Positions 28,445-37,657 of a DNA stretch of 64,000 nucleotides are shown here, piece after piece. Within the stretch, counting starts at the first letter, position 1, and each line of letters opens with the position of its first letter. Position numbers and translations under genes: made by a program. The stretch is from contig JBAZKE010000004.1 of the NCBI GenBank assembly GCA_041650915.1, positions 36,179 through 100,178 of the forward strand, read 5' to 3'. The DNA is from Patescibacteria group bacterium (GTDB lineage: Bacteria > Patescibacteriota > Patescibacteriia > UBA10025 > JAHIVO01). The notes under the pieces are model-generated. The model worked only from the letters and a program-made list of their open reading frames with translations. It was not told where the DNA came from and searched no databases.

Positions 28445-29036
28445 CAGCGTTAGATTTTGTTGCGTCCTTCCAATGCTTTAGTTCATCCCCCTCCAACGAG
28501 ATCAACAAGAATTTCGTGCCGCCGTGCAACTCCAACACGGGAGCAGCGTGGTCAACACTGTACAGGCGCAATCCTTCGTCCGGTTGTGCATGAGCACCAC
28601 CACGGTCCCGCATGACGTTGAACCCGCACATGCAGCTGCTGCCAGAAAACAAACACGCGATGATGTAGCCAGGTTGCTCAGGCAGCACACCGGTGGCATG
28701 GAAAGTCCTGGCGGCGTTTCCAACCAAGAGGTGAGTAGGACAGCCCGACGCCGTGAGCAATTCAGCCAACAGGGCGAAAGATCTGTTGACTCGATCTTGA
28801 GGGTCTGCCCTCATACTGGCCAGCCGGTCTGCCTCTTCCTGTTGCTGTACGCGTCGCTGCTGGTTCCGCAACTTGGCGCTCTCCCGCATGATCTGTATTT
28901 CTTGCCGGTTTTGCGCGCGTCGCTGCTCTTGCTCAGTCAAAATGCTAGCTTCCTCTGCTTCAGCGGCAGCGACTGGGTCATCAGTTCCGTGTCGCTCACA
29001 CAGTTGCTTCCGATATGCTTCTAGTGATGGTATCAT
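28350..29036 (-). CDS. hypothetical protein
   Basis: 228-aa ORF (start uncertain; overlaps the previous gene). Confidence 0.4.
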   Translation of the reverse strand: MIPSLEAYRKQLCERHGTDDPVAAAEAEEASILTEQEQRRAQNRQEIQIMRESAKLRNQQRRVQQQEEADRLASMRADPQDRVNRSFALLAELLTASGCPTHLLVGNAARTFHATGVLPEQPGYIIACLFSGSSCMCGFNVMRDRGGAHAQPDEGLRLYSVDHAAPVLELHGGTKFLLISLEGDELKHWKDATKSNAGVDVGKQEFLDDPWILKVTKRRSQLYGFSEE

Positions 29037-29422
29037 GCTGTCTCCTCTTTGACCTGTTCAAGAGCAAGGCGAAAAGACTCAGGCAATCCGGGCAACCGGC
29101 AGAGGTCATGTAGGCGATGACCATAGAGCCACTGATTGGCCTCCATGACCGTGATGAGCACGATCTCGTCGGCACTGGACCTCAGAATGCGCAGCCGAGA
29201 ATCTCCTGCATTGTCCATTATAGTACCGCGCAACGAGGCCGCTGTAGGTTTACCAACATTAATGGTATCGTTGGCATAGAAATACCACACCGCGCTGTCG
29301 TCTTCCAGTGCAGGTAAACGTAGCTGAACCGTTTCTCGGTAGCGACGAATCGTCAAAACCTGGAGGGGGTCGCCTCCGATATCCTGGTACAACTGCTTTA
29401 ATTTCTCGCGGTCTTGCGTCAC
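29033..29422 (-). CDS. hypothetical protein (GTG start overlapping upstream stop, SD gaggag)
   Basis: trimmed from track ORF 29033..29536. Confidence 0.35.
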   Translation of the reverse strand: MTQDREKLKQLYQDIGGDPLQVLTIRRYRETVQLRLPALEDDSAVWYFYANDTINVGKPTAASLRGTIMDNAGDSRLRILRSSADEIVLITVMEANQWLYGHRLHDLCRLPGLPESFRLALEQVKEETA

Positions 29423-29757
29423 GCCATCTCCTCGAAAATGATCCTGGTGACTCGTTTTCTGCCGCCGTATTGACCATCTTCCAGTGATTCTACCTCCCAA
29501 AACTTGGCCCCAACGTGAATGCTGCGGAGATAACAACTCGACACTGACCTGTACGGGAATGACTCCACGGCACCGGTCGCAGCGTCAACGGCCTGGAACT
29601 CCAGACCTTCGTTGTAGCAATCCGCCGCAGCTAAGTCATCCGGACAGAAGAAGTCTGGGCTGCACGCTGCGACTTCGTAGCGACGTTCCCGGTGCCACAC
29701 GACCTGTACGACCTCTGCGGCACAGCGGAGTTCCTGAAGTGTGGATTCTAACGACAT
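29419..29757 (-). CDS. hypothetical protein
   Basis: 112-aa ORF. Confidence 0.35.
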   Translation of the reverse strand: MSLESTLQELRCAAEVVQVVWHRERRYEVAACSPDFFCPDDLAAADCYNEGLEFQAVDAATGAVESFPYRSVSSCYLRSIHVGAKFWEVESLEDGQYGGRKRVTRIIFEEMA

Positions 29758-29759
29758 GG

Positions 29760-29921
29760 CGGCCTCGCGAGTTTAATCACCGCCTGTACCGCAGTCTGAA
29801 GTTCCAGCAACTGCCGTTTAGCCTCGTCGCGTTCCTTTTTCGTCATATCGAGTTCGCGCCGAAGGCGATCTCGGTCTTGCGCCAGAACCGTCAGTCGCCC
29901 GCCGTTCGTCATGGGGTTTTC
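29760..29921 (-). CDS. small coiled-coil protein (54 aa, below the ORF-track cutoff)
   Basis: ATG..TAG ORF in the gap between genes; its stop overlaps the next start. Confidence 0.25.
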
Positions 29922-30274
29922 GCCAGTGCCAGGAGTCGCTGGACTTCTTCCGGCGTCTTGTCCCGTAGCAACTTGATCAGGGCGTTGTGGTTTTGTTGCG
30001 CCAACTTCTGTGCGGCACGCTCGGCATGCCGGGCCGCCGTCAAGGCTTCGCGCTCTTCTCGATCTCGCTGCTCCTCATCGGTCTCGCGCCGAGTGCCAGA
30101 CAAGTAGTAATCTTCGCCTGGGCTGTCATCCTCTAGCGTCAGGTTTTCGACACCTTCTCGCTTGGCGTACCCGCACGCACGCTCAATGCAGGCGAGCCAA
30201 GTGTCGACGGAATTGCCCGGAAAGCAATTCAGGTCAAAACGTCGCTTGATGATCCGCTTTTCTGTGTTGCTCAT
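29909..30274 (-). CDS. hypothetical acidic protein (start at MSNTEKR with AAGGAG SD)
   Basis: trimmed from the track ORF, which reaches 30391. Confidence 0.4.
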   Translation of the reverse strand: MSNTEKRIIKRRFDLNCFPGNSVDTWLACIERACGYAKREGVENLTLEDDSPGEDYYLSGTRRETDEEQRDREEREALTAARHAERAAQKLAQQNHNALIKLLRDKTPEEVQRLLALAKTP

Positions 30275-30471
30275 GTCGACTCCTTGCTCGTGTTCTTGAT
30301 CACCTTGTCCAGCACCTTGAGCGCTGATTCGAGCGCAGCACGCTGGTCGTCTGGCAGACTGGCGAAAGCCGTGGGGCGGTCTCGGTACCATTGGGCCAGC
30401 CGCTCCAGTTCACGCGACGGCTTAGGCAACTCAATGGTGTGGAGTTAGACTTTTCATAGTCTTTCATTACC

Positions 30472-31596
30472 TCAGGGACTCCAGCTCCTGAGCAATCGTA
30501 AAGTACGTTCGAGTATATTCTCTGCACCTACGACATCACTGTCGTTGCTGTAACCACACGAAGTGCAGAGAAAATTCTCTCCCTTACGATTGTCACGATG
30601 CACCGCATTACACTTGGGACATGTCTGTGAGGAGTAAGCAGGGTTGATCTTAACCAAGAAAATACCATTTTCTTGGGAGATTTGTTCCAATCTGCCGACA
30701 ACCTGACGATATGTCCACGATGCACGAGTACGTCTAAACGCTCTAGACTGATTCTTTCGCTTGCCTTGCTTTAATCCTCTGAGGTCTTCAACCCCAATGG
30801 TTTTAATGGTTTTCCAATCAAATGCGTTTCTAACTACAGTAGAGACAAAATTATCTCTTCGTCTCTGTGCTCTTTTTCTACCCTTGCTGCCAGGCTTTTT
30901 CCTATTTATGCTTGCCATCATGGCTTTCATCTCTGTGCCATGAAGTTGTGCTTCAATACCATCCGTAGTAACGATTAATTTATTGATACCAATGTCACAA
31001 CCTACTACACGACCTTCCTGTCGATATTCTGGAATAGGCAGAGAAACTCTAACGATCAAAACATCTTCATTTATTTTTCCACCTGGAATTAATTTTGCTC
31101 CGGGCTTTTCCAACCAATAATTTAATCTTTCAGTGCTTTTAGTCGGAAGCGCAATTTTGTTGCCACGATCAAGTGTAGACAACTCAACGATCAAATCGAA
31201 TAGATTACTCGTTGTATTGTCCAGTACATTCAACACTTTAGCGTCAAACTCGCACATTCCTGTGAATTTAGGGCAAGTCGGTTTGGCGCCCAATGCTTCC
31301 GCAGAAGCGATAGTCGAGGTAATGATTTCAATGGCTTGCTTCAATGCAGCGTTTTTAAACCTAGCAGACAAATGTTGGATTTGACATTTACCATAAGTTT
31401 GCTTTTTAAGACCGACGTCGATGAGGTCTCGATTGTTCCATACTAAATTAATGTAAAAATTGACAGCGCTTCTGTAGCGAGAAAGAAGCGCTTTCAGCTT
31501 GTTTCGTTTCTTTTCCGTGATGAACTTCAAAGAAATGACACAAGAACGTGTCATCAACGTTTGCTGTTCCTGAAGTTGTTTCTTAGTCTTGTACAT
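30472..31596 (-). CDS. tnpB: TnpB (IS200/IS605-family OrfB, RuvC-like RNA-guided nuclease), no tnpA adjacent
   Basis: GCDIGINK (RuvC-I D), IGVEDL (RuvC-II E), INPAYSSQTCPKCN...CTSCGYSNDSDVVGAENI (zinc finger plus RuvC-III D); 374 aa; AT-rich. Confidence 0.8.
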   Translation of the reverse strand: MYKTKKQLQEQQTLMTRSCVISLKFITEKKRNKLKALLSRYRSAVNFYINLVWNNRDLIDVGLKKQTYGKCQIQHLSARFKNAALKQAIEIITSTIASAEALGAKPTCPKFTGMCEFDAKVLNVLDNTTSNLFDLIVELSTLDRGNKIALPTKSTERLNYWLEKPGAKLIPGGKINEDVLIVRVSLPIPEYRQEGRVVGCDIGINKLIVTTDGIEAQLHGTEMKAMMASINRKKPGSKGRKRAQRRRDNFVSTVVRNAFDWKTIKTIGVEDLRGLKQGKRKNQSRAFRRTRASWTYRQVVGRLEQISQENGIFLVKINPAYSSQTCPKCNAVHRDNRKGENFLCTSCGYSNDSDVVGAENILERTLRLLRSWSP

Positions 31597-31608
31597 TACA
31601 GTGAGGTT

Positions 31609-32004
31609 TTACCACTGATTTACTCGCTGGGCACGCTGCCACAGCGCCAGCGCTTCCTCTTGAGAAAGCCCTTTGAGTACCTTGTCGGCTATCTGGTCCC
31701 GGATCATTTGGACATTCTGATGCAGGCGTTGGGATTCCTCCTGGGCCGCTTTGGCTTCCTCGGCTTCACGGGCCTGCTGCTCCGCAGTAGTTTCTGGCCG
31801 GGAGCAGCACAATGAAATTGAGCCGGTGTCATAGTCCGGGTCAGTTGAGACGTAAACGCGCTGGTCCGTGAAACCCTCGGCTTCGGCCTCATCGATCAAC
31901 TCGCGAAGACAGGTGATCAAGTCTCGACCAGTCAGTCCACCATCGGTGGAGAAGTCACTGAGTTGGTCATGCCAGAAATCTTTTTGTACTTGCTTGGGTG
32001 GCAT
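31609..32004 (-). CDS. hypothetical protein
   Basis: 131-aa ORF; AGGAGA SD; conserved promoter upstream. Confidence 0.45.
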   Translation of the reverse strand: MPPKQVQKDFWHDQLSDFSTDGGLTGRDLITCLRELIDEAEAEGFTDQRVYVSTDPDYDTGSISLCCSRPETTAEQQAREAEEAKAAQEESQRLHQNVQMIRDQIADKVLKGLSQEEALALWQRAQRVNQW

Positions 32005-32030
32005 CGTGGTCTCCTGACTGCTGTTGTACC

Positions 32031-32058
32031 AGATGGCCAGCGGTTGTCAAGCCTTTAC
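32031..32058 (-). promoter_or_regulatory. conserved phage promoter module
   Basis: TTGACAACCGCTGGCCATCTGGTACAAC. Confidence 0.5.
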
Positions 32059-32409
32059 CAGGCAAACCCTGATCCATTTATTATCCAAGGGCAACAAACC
32101 TAAAGAACTATAATGCCACAGGCGCGCGTAATAAGGCTTGTGTAGGATGGCAAGGGTGTCGGCCGAGACGTCGTAGTGCTCAAACCAACCTTGCTGCTCG
32201 TCATGCGGACGGCGATAGGTCAGGTGTTGAGGTTTGAAGCTAGCAATCAAGGAAGAGCGTAGATATTTTTGACCGGGCACGAGTTGATCCGGACTCAAAA
32301 TCTGATCTGGATCCCCAAGACGACATTGTTCGTCTGTAACATGACTGCAATATTCCTTGCCGGTGGGCCTCCAAGTGTAGTCAGATATATTCCAACGGTC
32401 AGGCATCAT
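32047..32409 (-). CDS. hypothetical protein
   Basis: 120-aa ORF. Confidence 0.4.
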   Translation of the reverse strand: MMPDRWNISDYTWRPTGKEYCSHVTDEQCRLGDPDQILSPDQLVPGQKYLRSSLIASFKPQHLTYRRPHDEQQGWFEHYDVSADTLAILHKPYYARLWHYSSLGLLPLDNKWIRVCLVKA

Positions 32410-32444
32410 GCTTCTCCACGCTACGAAGGAAAGAATCCATTATT

Positions 32445-32472
32445 ATTGTACCAGATGGCCAGCGGTTGTCAA
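32445..32472 (-). promoter_or_regulatory. conserved phage promoter module
   Basis: TTGACAACCGCTGGCCATCTGGTACAAT. Confidence 0.5.
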
Positions 32473-32474
32473 GG

Positions 32475-32795
32475 TCAATTTGCGTCGGGTGACACCGCTG
32501 CGGCCTTGTCTGGCTTATTTTTCCATTTTCGCTTGTACTCAGGGCTTTCGTCGTCAATGGTCAGGCCGGCTCCCCAGCGTGTAACGCCAAGTCCGCAGGT
32601 ACAGCAGACACGACGCTTGCCGTGGTGCATGCTGGGGAGTTCTGTGCTGCACCGGGGGCACACGTAGTACTCTTCATGAGCAGTGGCGCTGGACGCCAAC
32701 TTACTGGTACGCTCTCGTGTTTTGCAATATGGGTTGCCGTAAATGTCCTCTCTCATGTCGTCCTCATCGTGGATTTCATGGCCGCGACGGCACAA
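32475..32795 (-). CDS. hypothetical zinc-ribbon protein
   Basis: CPRCSTE...CCTCG. Confidence 0.4.
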   Translation of the reverse strand: MCRRGHEIHDEDDMREDIYGNPYCKTRERTSKLASSATAHEEYYVCPRCSTELPSMHHGKRRVCCTCGLGVTRWGAGLTIDDESPEYKRKWKNKPDKAAAVSPDAN

Positions 32796-33226
32796 AACAG
32801 TCGGCCCAGTGTGTCGTTCATTGCGGCCTCGGTGTCTGCTTGGGTTCGTGCCAGAAATAGGTCATAGTGTCGTTTGATTTCAGACTTGAGCGTACTGAGG
32901 TCGGCATCGCAGTCAAACAGTAGATCTTGCTGCTGGTAGATATGGTACTCGTCAAAACCCTCCTCCACGATGTAGACCCTGATGGCCTTGATGTCCCCCG
33001 TGGTCTGACTGACCCTACAGATAAACCGCAAAGCGACGCCGGGTAAATTCCGCGTCACGGACCAGATGGTTGCGTTGTCCGCTAGACCTGCGTAACGATC
33101 CAGCAGATATTCTGGCTTTGTCTCGTGCTTCCAGGTCCACTTGTGTTCCTCGTCGACTAACTGTAGCAGCCAACGCAGGTGTTCAAGGCAACGTTTTCGT
33201 GCATAAGGTACCATGCCGCTCCTCAA
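32753..33226 (-). CDS. hypothetical protein
   Basis: 157-aa ORF. Confidence 0.4.
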   Translation of the reverse strand: MRSGMVPYARKRCLEHLRWLLQLVDEEHKWTWKHETKPEYLLDRYAGLADNATIWSVTRNLPGVALRFICRVSQTTGDIKAIRVYIVEEGFDEYHIYQQQDLLFDCDADLSTLKSEIKRHYDLFLARTQADTEAAMNDTLGRLFCAVAAMKSTMRTT

Positions 33227-33444
33227 TTTGCGTCGGGTTCGTGGCCCACGGGCCGTGCCACTGGAATGTTGCTCATGCCGTGCAGCGCCCGCCGGACTAC
33301 AGGCGGCAGTTCCGCCTCGTCACAGACCGCTGTCTGAAATTGCTCCACGGCGTCGGCACACCTGACCAGAAGTTGCTGTACCTCTGGGTCGGAACAATGA
33401 AACACCGCGAGCCGCAGGGCCTCCGGCACCGTGGAGTAGATCAT
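33223..33444 (-). CDS. small hypothetical protein
   Basis: 73-aa ORF. Confidence 0.3.
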   Translation of the reverse strand: MIYSTVPEALRLAVFHCSDPEVQQLLVRCADAVEQFQTAVCDEAELPPVVRRALHGMSNIPVARPVGHEPDAN

Positions 33445-33628
33445 GGTTCTACCTCACTGAGCAATCGGTAGTCAAATCCGGTGGGGCGCTGGCTACTGAC
33501 GATGATCATGCAGCCGTGCTTTATAGCCAGCGCCTTGACTTTATCGCGGATTTCGATGTGGTCCCCAGGAGTCTGAGGACACAGAAACGGGTCGTTACGG
33601 TCAATGAAAATTGGCAGATTAGACCGCG

Positions 33629-34132
33629 TCACACTACGCCTCCGAAAATCTGCTCTAACTTGGTTTCTAATCGTCCAAGCTTTGCTTGCTCGCGTGCAAT
33701 GCGTTTGCTCCTGGCTTCTTGCTGCTTGCACTCCCGCCGCGCGAACAATTGGTTTAACGCCCTGCATAGGGTTTTGTGCTCGTGCTGCGTCAGCGGCATC
33801 TCGGTCATGGTGTCGGCTTGGACTACTTCCAAAGTACACTTTTCGGTGCTGGGCATCGGTACCGGCACTGTGTGGACGTGTCGCGTGCAACATTTGATCT
33901 GCACACAACAAGGATCTGGTTCCTTGGCGGCATAACTGAGTTTCCAGAACTTATTAGTGTGCCCTGGAAAAGTAATGGCGTTCTTGTCGGAGCAGAACCC
34001 GTATGGCATGTACGACCCGGCCTCGGCTTCTGCATACTGGAATTCTACGTGCCACAACCTACGCTTTTTGAGCGCCTGCTTGATCAGCAGTACAAATGGT
34101 CGGATTTCGTTCGGTACGTTATTGGTTGGCAT
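33629..34132 (-). CDS. hypothetical protein, IRPFV..LKQ.LK.R paralog family
   Basis: N-terminal EIRPFVLLIKQALKKRRLW shared with 24957..25403 and 34148..34552. Confidence 0.45.
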   Translation of the reverse strand: MPTNNVPNEIRPFVLLIKQALKKRRLWHVEFQYAEAEAGSYMPYGFCSDKNAITFPGHTNKFWKLSYAAKEPDPCCVQIKCCTRHVHTVPVPMPSTEKCTLEVVQADTMTEMPLTQHEHKTLCRALNQLFARRECKQQEARSKRIAREQAKLGRLETKLEQIFGGVV

Positions 34133-34147
34133 TTAAGTACCTGTTGG

Positions 34148-34552
34148 TTACAGAATAAGTCCGTGCGGTAGTGGCACGTGCGGCCTGTACTCTTGAAGGG
34201 CCTGCTCTAACTTCACGATTTTGCGGGCTTCTCGCTTGGCCAGGGTTTCCTGTTCCTTCTGCTTGTAACGCGTGACGAACCGGAGCAGTGACCGACACAA
34301 GCTCGTGCGTTCCGCAGACGTCAGCGTGATGTTGGTAGTACGAATGTTCTGCTGTACCAGGACTCTGCAAAGCTCAGGGTAGTGAACTGCCCCGTAGCGC
34401 TGTTCCTGCCGGTAGTCAATCCGCACGTCATGGTCGCCGAGCAACTTTGTTGTCGTCAATGTTGACCATTCAGCAGCGGTGCTCATCATCCACAATTTGT
34501 GATTCTTGAGCGCCTGTTTCAACAGCTGTACAAACGGCCTGACTTCCTTCAT
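34148..34552 (-). CDS. hypothetical protein, same paralog family (start at MKEVRPFV with GGAGG SD)
   Basis: trimmed from the track ORF, which reaches 34603. Confidence 0.45.
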   Translation of the reverse strand: MKEVRPFVQLLKQALKNHKLWMMSTAAEWSTLTTTKLLGDHDVRIDYRQEQRYGAVHYPELCRVLVQQNIRTTNITLTSAERTSLCRSLLRFVTRYKQKEQETLAKREARKIVKLEQALQEYRPHVPLPHGLIL

Positions 34553-34610
34553 GTCGACCTCCGGGCACGTCGTTGGGCTCATGAGCCCAACGACGTGCCC
34601 CACTACCGCG

Positions 34611-36590
34611 CTACTCCGTCAGAATCCCGCCGCTCAGCGCCCCCATGACGGTCCCCTCGATCAGGGCCTTACCACGGGCCAGCAGCGGACCTGCCGACTC
34701 GTATGTCGCGGCCGTCAGGGCCAGCTCTGCAACCCGATTGGCCTGGCTGGCCAGCGGATGCTGCACGGCCTGCGTGGCCAACATCAGCATGTAGGCCGAC
34801 CCCATGCTGAGCAGTGCCTTCCCGACCTCCGTCGCGAAAAACTCGTCCGGGAAATGCGGGCCACACATCTTCTTGACCTGTGCGAGCAGCACCTCCTGAG
34901 CAGCATGGGCACCCGCCTGGGCCGCACCCGCCTGAACCGCCTGAATTGCCTTGGTGTTGGTCGTGTCGATTACCTGCTTGACGTTCATGATGATCTCCTG
35001 GGTAACCTCAGTTACCGGTTGGGTAGCGCACGCTACCGTGGTTGATTGTTCGTTCCCCATGTACTCAAACCTGTCTGCACGTATCCAAGTATCGTTAGTT
35101 ACACCGAATTGTGTTGAGTCACCGTTGCGGGTGTGCGTGGCCCTAAAACCGCCAACTTCTTTCTTGACTATTTTGACTAAGTCGTTGGGTTTTAAATATT
35201 TGAAGTCACCATTTAAATGCTCAAAGTTAAGGCGAGACTTCTCATTGTAGAACCTGAACACATCTCCGACCCGGATGTCATCCCACGCAGGGAAAGCCGG
35301 CGGCTTGGCCACGCCTTCACGATACGCATGGTCGACTTCGTAACCGTTCCAGTCAGCACCACACCAATTGACCGTATGGCCCTTCGATACGAAATGTCGT
35401 GTGTCATCCTGGCTGATGACTTCCGCTTTTCCGACACTCTTCGCGTTCATCTCAATAACACGCAGTCTAAGCGCTTGTGCAGCACCTTTGTGTAGCGCGT
35501 GATCTTGTTTCACACAGACAGCAGTAAGCTTTAGTACATCACCAACTTTGAACATTTTGTTTTTGCTTTCTGTACTCTCGTCTCGATACTCGTGGTCAAC
35601 CTCGTAGCGGTTCCATTCGGCGTCGCGGCGGTGGAATGCGGCGCCTTTGTGTGGGAAAGTACCTGAAGTGGCGACGACCTCTACGGTTCCATCGCCTGCA
35701 GGATTCATTGTGACGACACGAACTCTGTAGACGTCAGCGCCAGTTTTATCGTCTTCGTGTCCTGCTACCCAAGCGTCGGTAAGTTTCAATACATCGCCTA
35801 CTTTAAACACTTTGGTTTCGGTCGTGTTGCTCTCGTGATACTCATGATCGACTTCATACTGCTCCAAGCCGCTACCACTACGCTGGAGTATCGTGCCGTT
35901 GCGTGGTAGGGCATCTGAAGGGTCGTGACTGATGACCTGTACTTCTACGCCGGAGTTCTCACGATGCATTTCAGTGACACGAACTCTGTACGCACGTGCA
36001 GCAACCTCGCAGTGCGAGCAATTTCGTTTCACGTAAGCCTCAGTAAGCTTCAGTACATCTCCGACCTTGAACATTTTGGGCTTATCCTTAGTGTCGTCCT
36101 GGTACTCGTGGTCAACCTCATACCGATCCCACTCATCGTCACGGCGACCGTATGTGGTGCCCTTATATGGGAAATCACCTGAAGTGACGATAACCTCTAC
36201 AACTCCGTCGCGTGCAGTACGCATTTCAGTAACACGAATCCTGTATAGGCGCGCAGCGCTTTTATCGCCTTCGCGTTCTTTCACCCACTTGTCAGTAAGT
36301 TTCAGTACATCGCCGACTTTGAACATTTTGGGCCTGTCCTTAGTATCATCTCGATACTCGGGGTCTACTTCGTATAGATACCACGAAAATCTTCCAATTC
36401 GGTCTCTGTTTCCTCTTACCATACGACTTTGAGCTACACCATCACACAATGCTTCGACGAAGATGCAGCCTGGGTCTTTATGTGTGCCGACAACACGCAA
36501 TCTAATGGCTTCAGCAGCTGCCTGATCAAAAGCGTTGTAACTCGCTATACTAGCGGTTGTGTGCCTCAGAACATCGCCTACCTTAAACAT
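34611..36590 (-). CDS. 659-aa tandem-repeat protein (about 6-7 repeats of an 85-aa module) with Ala-rich C-terminal domain
   Basis: module KMFKVGDVLKLT...YR(V/I)RVTEM...YEVDHEY..DTK repeated; C-terminus paralogous to 36590..37243. Confidence 0.55.
   Translation of the reverse strand: MFKVGDVLRHTTASIASYNAFDQAAAEAIRLRVVGTHKDPGCIFVEALCDGVAQSRMVRGNRDRIGRFSWYLYEVDPEYRDDTKDRPKMFKVGDVLKLTDKWVKEREGDKSAARLYRIRVTEMRTARDGVVEVIVTSGDFPYKGTTYGRRDDEWDRYEVDHEYQDDTKDKPKMFKVGDVLKLTEAYVKRNCSHCEVAARAYRVRVTEMHRENSGVEVQVISHDPSDALPRNGTILQRSGSGLEQYEVDHEYHESNTTETKVFKVGDVLKLTDAWVAGHEDDKTGADVYRVRVVTMNPAGDGTVEVVATSGTFPHKGAAFHRRDAEWNRYEVDHEYRDESTESKNKMFKVGDVLKLTAVCVKQDHALHKGAAQALRLRVIEMNAKSVGKAEVISQDDTRHFVSKGHTVNWCGADWNGYEVDHAYREGVAKPPAFPAWDDIRVGDVFRFYNEKSRLNFEHLNGDFKYLKPNDLVKIVKKEVGGFRATHTRNGDSTQFGVTNDTWIRADRFEYMGNEQSTTVACATQPVTEVTQEIIMNVKQVIDTTNTKAIQAVQAGAAQAGAHAAQEVLLAQVKKMCGPHFPDEFFATEVGKALLSMGSAYMLMLATQAVQHPLASQANRVAELALTAATYESAGPLLARGKALIEGTVMGALSGGILTE
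35090..36590. repeat. tandem DNA repeats of about 250 bp underlying the protein repeats
   Basis: recurring nucleotide blocks such as gtcggagatgtactgaagcttactga and gaacattttggg. Confidence 0.5.
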
Positions 36591-37243
36591 TACTTCTGCC
36601 CCAGGATGTCGATGCCGGCCGCCGCCTCCACGAGCTGTGTCGCCATCTCGATGAGCGGAACAGCATGGTCATACGTCGCGGCCGTCAGGGCCAGTCCGGC
36701 GACCTGATTAGCCCGATCGGCCATGGGGTGCTGGGCCAGCGCCTCGGTCGCGGCCATCACGAGATAGCAAGAACCGAAATCCAACAGCGCCTTGCCGTGC
36801 GGAGTCGAGAAGAATGCCTTGGGGAACTTCTTGCCCAGGATTTTCTCGACCTGGGCGATCAGGGCCCGGTGGGCCATCCGGGCGCCGGCCTGCGCGACAC
36901 CCGCCTGCACGGCTGACTTGGCCTTCGTGTTGGTCTTGCTGACAACATCCTGTACCTTCGTCATGGTGGACTCCCGAGTAAGATTGACTCTCATGTTGGT
37001 CTCCTTGTTCTGTGGGGTTGCTAATTTTAGTGCCGCACAGTCGAACGACATTACGTCTACCCAGCATTCCTCTCCATCAGAGACTTCAACCGCAAAAGTG
37101 CGTTCATTTTCGTTAACCTCAGTCACTCGCGCTCTATAGGCACGAGCTTCTTCAAGTGAGTAGCCGTGTCCTATAAAATTTGCGTGTCCTTGTCGACTGA
37201 GTTTCAAAACATCGCCAATCTTGAATGGACATTTGGCTCGCAT
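36590..37243 (-). CDS. paralog of the repeat protein (one repeat module plus the same C-terminal domain)
   Basis: CPFKIGDVLKLS...YRARVTEV module and a conserved C-terminal roughly 110 aa. Confidence 0.5.
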   Translation of the reverse strand: MRAKCPFKIGDVLKLSRQGHANFIGHGYSLEEARAYRARVTEVNENERTFAVEVSDGEECWVDVMSFDCAALKLATPQNKETNMRVNLTRESTMTKVQDVVSKTNTKAKSAVQAGVAQAGARMAHRALIAQVEKILGKKFPKAFFSTPHGKALLDFGSCYLVMAATEALAQHPMADRANQVAGLALTAATYDHAVPLIEMATQLVEAAAGIDILGQK

Positions 37244-37372
37244 TACTTTTTCTCCTTGAACAGGTCAAACAGCAGACGGAACAGCGGAATCCTGAAGTAC
37301 ACGGGACCAATGGGCGTCCGGATCCTGGTGTTCAGCGTCAAGGTCGTGAGGATATTTTTTGTCTTGGTCATG

Positions 37373-37657
37373 TCACCAGTCCTTCATCTTGGTCTTGCGG
37401 GCCGGCACCACGACGTGACCGCATGGTCCAATTGTGACGGTGCTGGCCGAGACCAACACGTCGGTGCCGCGAGCAAAACCAACCACAAACCCTTTCGGCA
37501 ACACAGTTCCCGGCACGCCCGAAACCCTCACGACAGCGTTGGGTTTCTGGAACAGCCAACGGGCGAGCAGGAGTCTCCTAGGGCGATGCCGGCCACGATC
37601 AACAGGATGATCGTCATGACCACCCGCCCCTGTCACTAAAGGCTGCGTCCAGGTCAT
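37373..37657 (-). CDS. hypothetical protein
   Basis: 94-aa ORF. Confidence 0.3.
   Translation of the reverse strand: MTWTQPLVTGAGGHDDHPVDRGRHRPRRLLLARWLFQKPNAVVRVSGVPGTVLPKGFVVGFARGTDVLVSASTVTIGPCGHVVVPARKTKMKDW

Noticed and set aside
33441-33911. 156-aa ORF overlapping 33629..34132 by 283 nt in another frame
   Set aside because: The overlapping ORF belongs to a three-member paralog family with a conserved N-terminus. The competing ORF's start is R/H-rich low-complexity. Only its last roughly 60 codons might be real, so I left it unannotated.
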